This document shows, piece by piece, positions 62,084 to 64,000 of a stretch of DNA of 64,000 nt. The notes below the pieces were generated by a model. It saw nothing but the letters and a program-made list of their open reading frames with translations, ran no database searches and was not told the DNA's origin. Location: the NCBI GenBank assembly GCA_023205875.1, contig CP060765.1, positions 558,001 to 622,000 on the forward strand, read 5' to 3'. How positions within the stretch are numbered: position 1 is the first letter of the stretch; every line of letters starts with the position of its first letter. The position numbers and the translations under genes were made by a program. Source of the stretch: Chloropicon primus (Eukaryota).

Positions 62084-63178
62084 TCAATCCTCGTCCAAGT
62101 GGAGAGAAAGGGACGCGCCGAGGCCACCGCCCGTGGCTGACATGAGTCTTGACACGCGCAGCCTTTCCTCCATTTGGTCCACCTCCTCCTTCAAGGAGAT
62201 GGTCTTGGCCCGGGCCCTGATCACCTGGAGCCTTCTCTCGGAGGCTCGGCCCGTCGTGGCGTAGCTGGGAAGATCCCCCCGGCCGGCCGGGAAAGGCAGA
62301 AGCTCCACGAGTCTCACGTAGGAAAAGACCTTCTTGTTGCCGTACCGGACCACCTCCGCCTCCCCCAAGGAGGGGCTGTCGCAGTTGTCGGCCTCGTTCC
62401 AGGCCACGACCCTGGCGATGGCTTTCCTCCACTCTCCCCCCCGCCCCTCCTTGCTCGTTCTTCGTCTGGGAAAGTGCTCGTGGTTCAGAAGGCACTCCTC
62501 GACCGTGTCGTAGACGTAAAACCCTCCGGCGTGGTTGGCCCTCGCCTCGCTGTAAAGGGTCACGCCCTTCCTGTACTCGGTCTCCCCGTCGAACACGGAG
62601 AAGCAAGTGTCGTGCGACGCGTGCGACTGGGAGTCCTCGCGCTCCACCCCGACCCTGCACGGGTCTTGGCTCTCCCCCTCCCCCTCCCCCTGGCGTCGCA
62701 ACTGCCTTCGTCCTCGTCGTCGTTCGTCTTCCTCCTCGTCCTCGTCGCCGTCGCGGGCCCCTCTCTCCTTGACCGGAACCCGGACGATCTTGTAGTACGC
62801 CTTGGCCCCGGCGGGGGGCTCCCTGCTGGAGAAGACCGGCCTGGACGCCCTCTGCCTCGCCCACTCCCCCACCCCGCCGCAGTACTCGGACCTGGTCTCT
62901 AGCCGCCCGGTACTGGATGCAAGACCCACGAGGTCGTAGCCCAGGATGCTCGCCAGAGGGCCCGGCGGCGCCTCCTCGACCTTCTTCTCCGATCCCCACA
63001 AGCCCTCGAAGCTCAGACCGTTCTCCTTGCCGAGGTTATCGTAGCTATTGCACAGCCTTTGGTCCCTGCTTCCGTTGTTCCTCCTCTCCTCCGTTCGTAT
63101 CTTCTTGGTCACCTCCTCGAGTATGGCGCGGGACACGTCCTTGGTGAAGTCCACCGCACCGTCCTGCCCCCCCTCCAT
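62084..63178 (-). CDS. Uncharacterised protein with a globular domain (YYKIV..FSVFDGETEY..HAGGFYVY..YGNKKVFS)
   Basis: ORF with host-like codon usage from ATG 63178. Confidence 0.6.
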   Translation of the reverse strand: MEGGQDGAVDFTKDVSRAILEEVTKKIRTEERRNNGSRDQRLCNSYDNLGKENGLSFEGLWGSEKKVEEAPPGPLASILGYDLVGLASSTGRLETRSEYCGGVGEWARQRASRPVFSSREPPAGAKAYYKIVRVPVKERGARDGDEDEEEDERRRGRRQLRRQGEGEGESQDPCRVGVEREDSQSHASHDTCFSVFDGETEYRKGVTLYSEARANHAGGFYVYDTVEECLLNHEHFPRRRTSKEGRGGEWRKAIARVVAWNEADNCDSPSLGEAEVVRYGNKKVFSYVRLVELLPFPAGRGDLPSYATTGRASERRLQVIRARAKTISLKEEVDQMEERLRVSRLMSATGGGLGASLSLHLDED

Positions 63179-63647
63179 CTCCCCTGAGACGAAAACCGTC
63201 CCTTGAGAAAGTGTTCTTGTGCAAGTCTTGTACTGGCAAGCCCCGTCCCTTGAGGCCTTGAGACTCTCCTTCCTTCTTGTTGTTGTTTGTTGTTGTCGTG
63301 TTGTCGTGTTGTTCCTTGTTATCTGTTCCTTGTTGTTTGTTTCCCTGGCCCCCTGGCCCCCTGGCCCCCTCCCTCTGTCCTCCTCCTCCCTCTGTCCTCC
63401 ACCTCCTCCTTGCCTTGCCTTGGTTGGGTTGGGTTCTGTCCCCTGGAGTTTTAAAGGGGGCCTCCCGGCCAAGATCATGATCTTGGGTGCAAAGTAGTAC
63501 ACTCATCTTGGGATGGGGCGCTCATCCCATGGAAACGAAAAGAAGAGAAGAGAAGAGAAGAGAAGAGAGAGAGAGGGTTGACCAGGAACGAACGAACGAA
63601 GGCCAAGGCCAAGGAGGAGCGGTGGAGATACCAACACACACACAAGG

Positions 63648-64000
63648 ATGGTGAGCGGAGGGGTGAAGGTGTACAACAGGGACCTGCTTCAAGAGGTGTG
63701 CCAGGCAGGGGACCACGACCTCACGCAAGGGGGACCTGGAACGAACGAAGGGGAGAGCTCCAGCTTCAGCATTCAGGGAGGAGAACTGGGTGGTTTGGGG
63801 TCGGACTACGAGTCTTCGAGCTTGGTGTCCCTCGGGGGCCGAGGAAGCGGAAAGGATGCGGATCAGGGGCAGGGAGGGGCCAATGACAGGTTCTTCGCGG
63901 CGAACCTGGCCGGGGCGGACGGAGCGGAGAAGGTGGGGGGACCGAGCGGGAGCGGGAGGGCGAAGAAGAGGGAGGAACCGGCGAGTGGGGGCGTGGGGAG
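63648..64000 (+). CDS. Possible 5' part of a gene running off the window
   Basis: Open frame from ATG 63648 (MVSGGVKVYNRDLLQE...) to the window end; low complexity. Confidence 0.4.
   Translation, partial: MVSGGVKVYNRDLLQEVCQAGDHDLTQGGPGTNEGESSSFSIQGGELGGLGSDYESSSLVSLGGRGSGKDADQGQGGANDRFFAANLAGADGAEKVGGPSGSGRAKKREEPASGGVG

Overview
A compact, GC-rich, intron-poor eukaryotic nuclear region from a green alga. The evidence is TGTAA poly(A) signals after many genes, short GT-AG introns with CTRAC/CTAAC branch sites, and plastid-targeted genes such as NYC1, BASS and BolA4. A Chloropicon-like picoalga is my inference and is not proven. About 33 protein-coding genes are present, mostly housekeeping: AAGAB, a guanylate cyclase, TPS1, a MOSC protein, a PDCD4-like protein, an intronless 4026-aa inner-arm dynein heavy chain, two glutaredoxins, NYC1, ADAT3, IFT22, ALG2, ALG7 and a ZTL/FKF1-like F-box Kelch protein. 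The standout is an apparently intact Fanzor2-type (IS607-TnpB-derived) RNA-guided nuclease gene at 13336-15507. It has an expanded Lys/Arg-rich tandem-duplicated N-terminus, the rearranged RuvC-II site, and no partner transposase. It is followed by a strongly structured, G-U-rich candidate omegaRNA (about 15508-15661, predicted guide from 15662). The scaffold is bracketed by a TGTAA poly(A) signal that overlaps the stop codon and by a perfect splice-donor motif at the scaffold/guide junction. Other notable items are a TGATG stop-start overlap suggesting a bicistronic NAA38-aspartic protease unit, a LOV-less ZTL/FKF1-like gene, several ciliary genes including a head-to-head pair of GYTG-repeat proteins, and bacterial-type genes. 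All annotations come from motif recognition by eye; no database searches were run.
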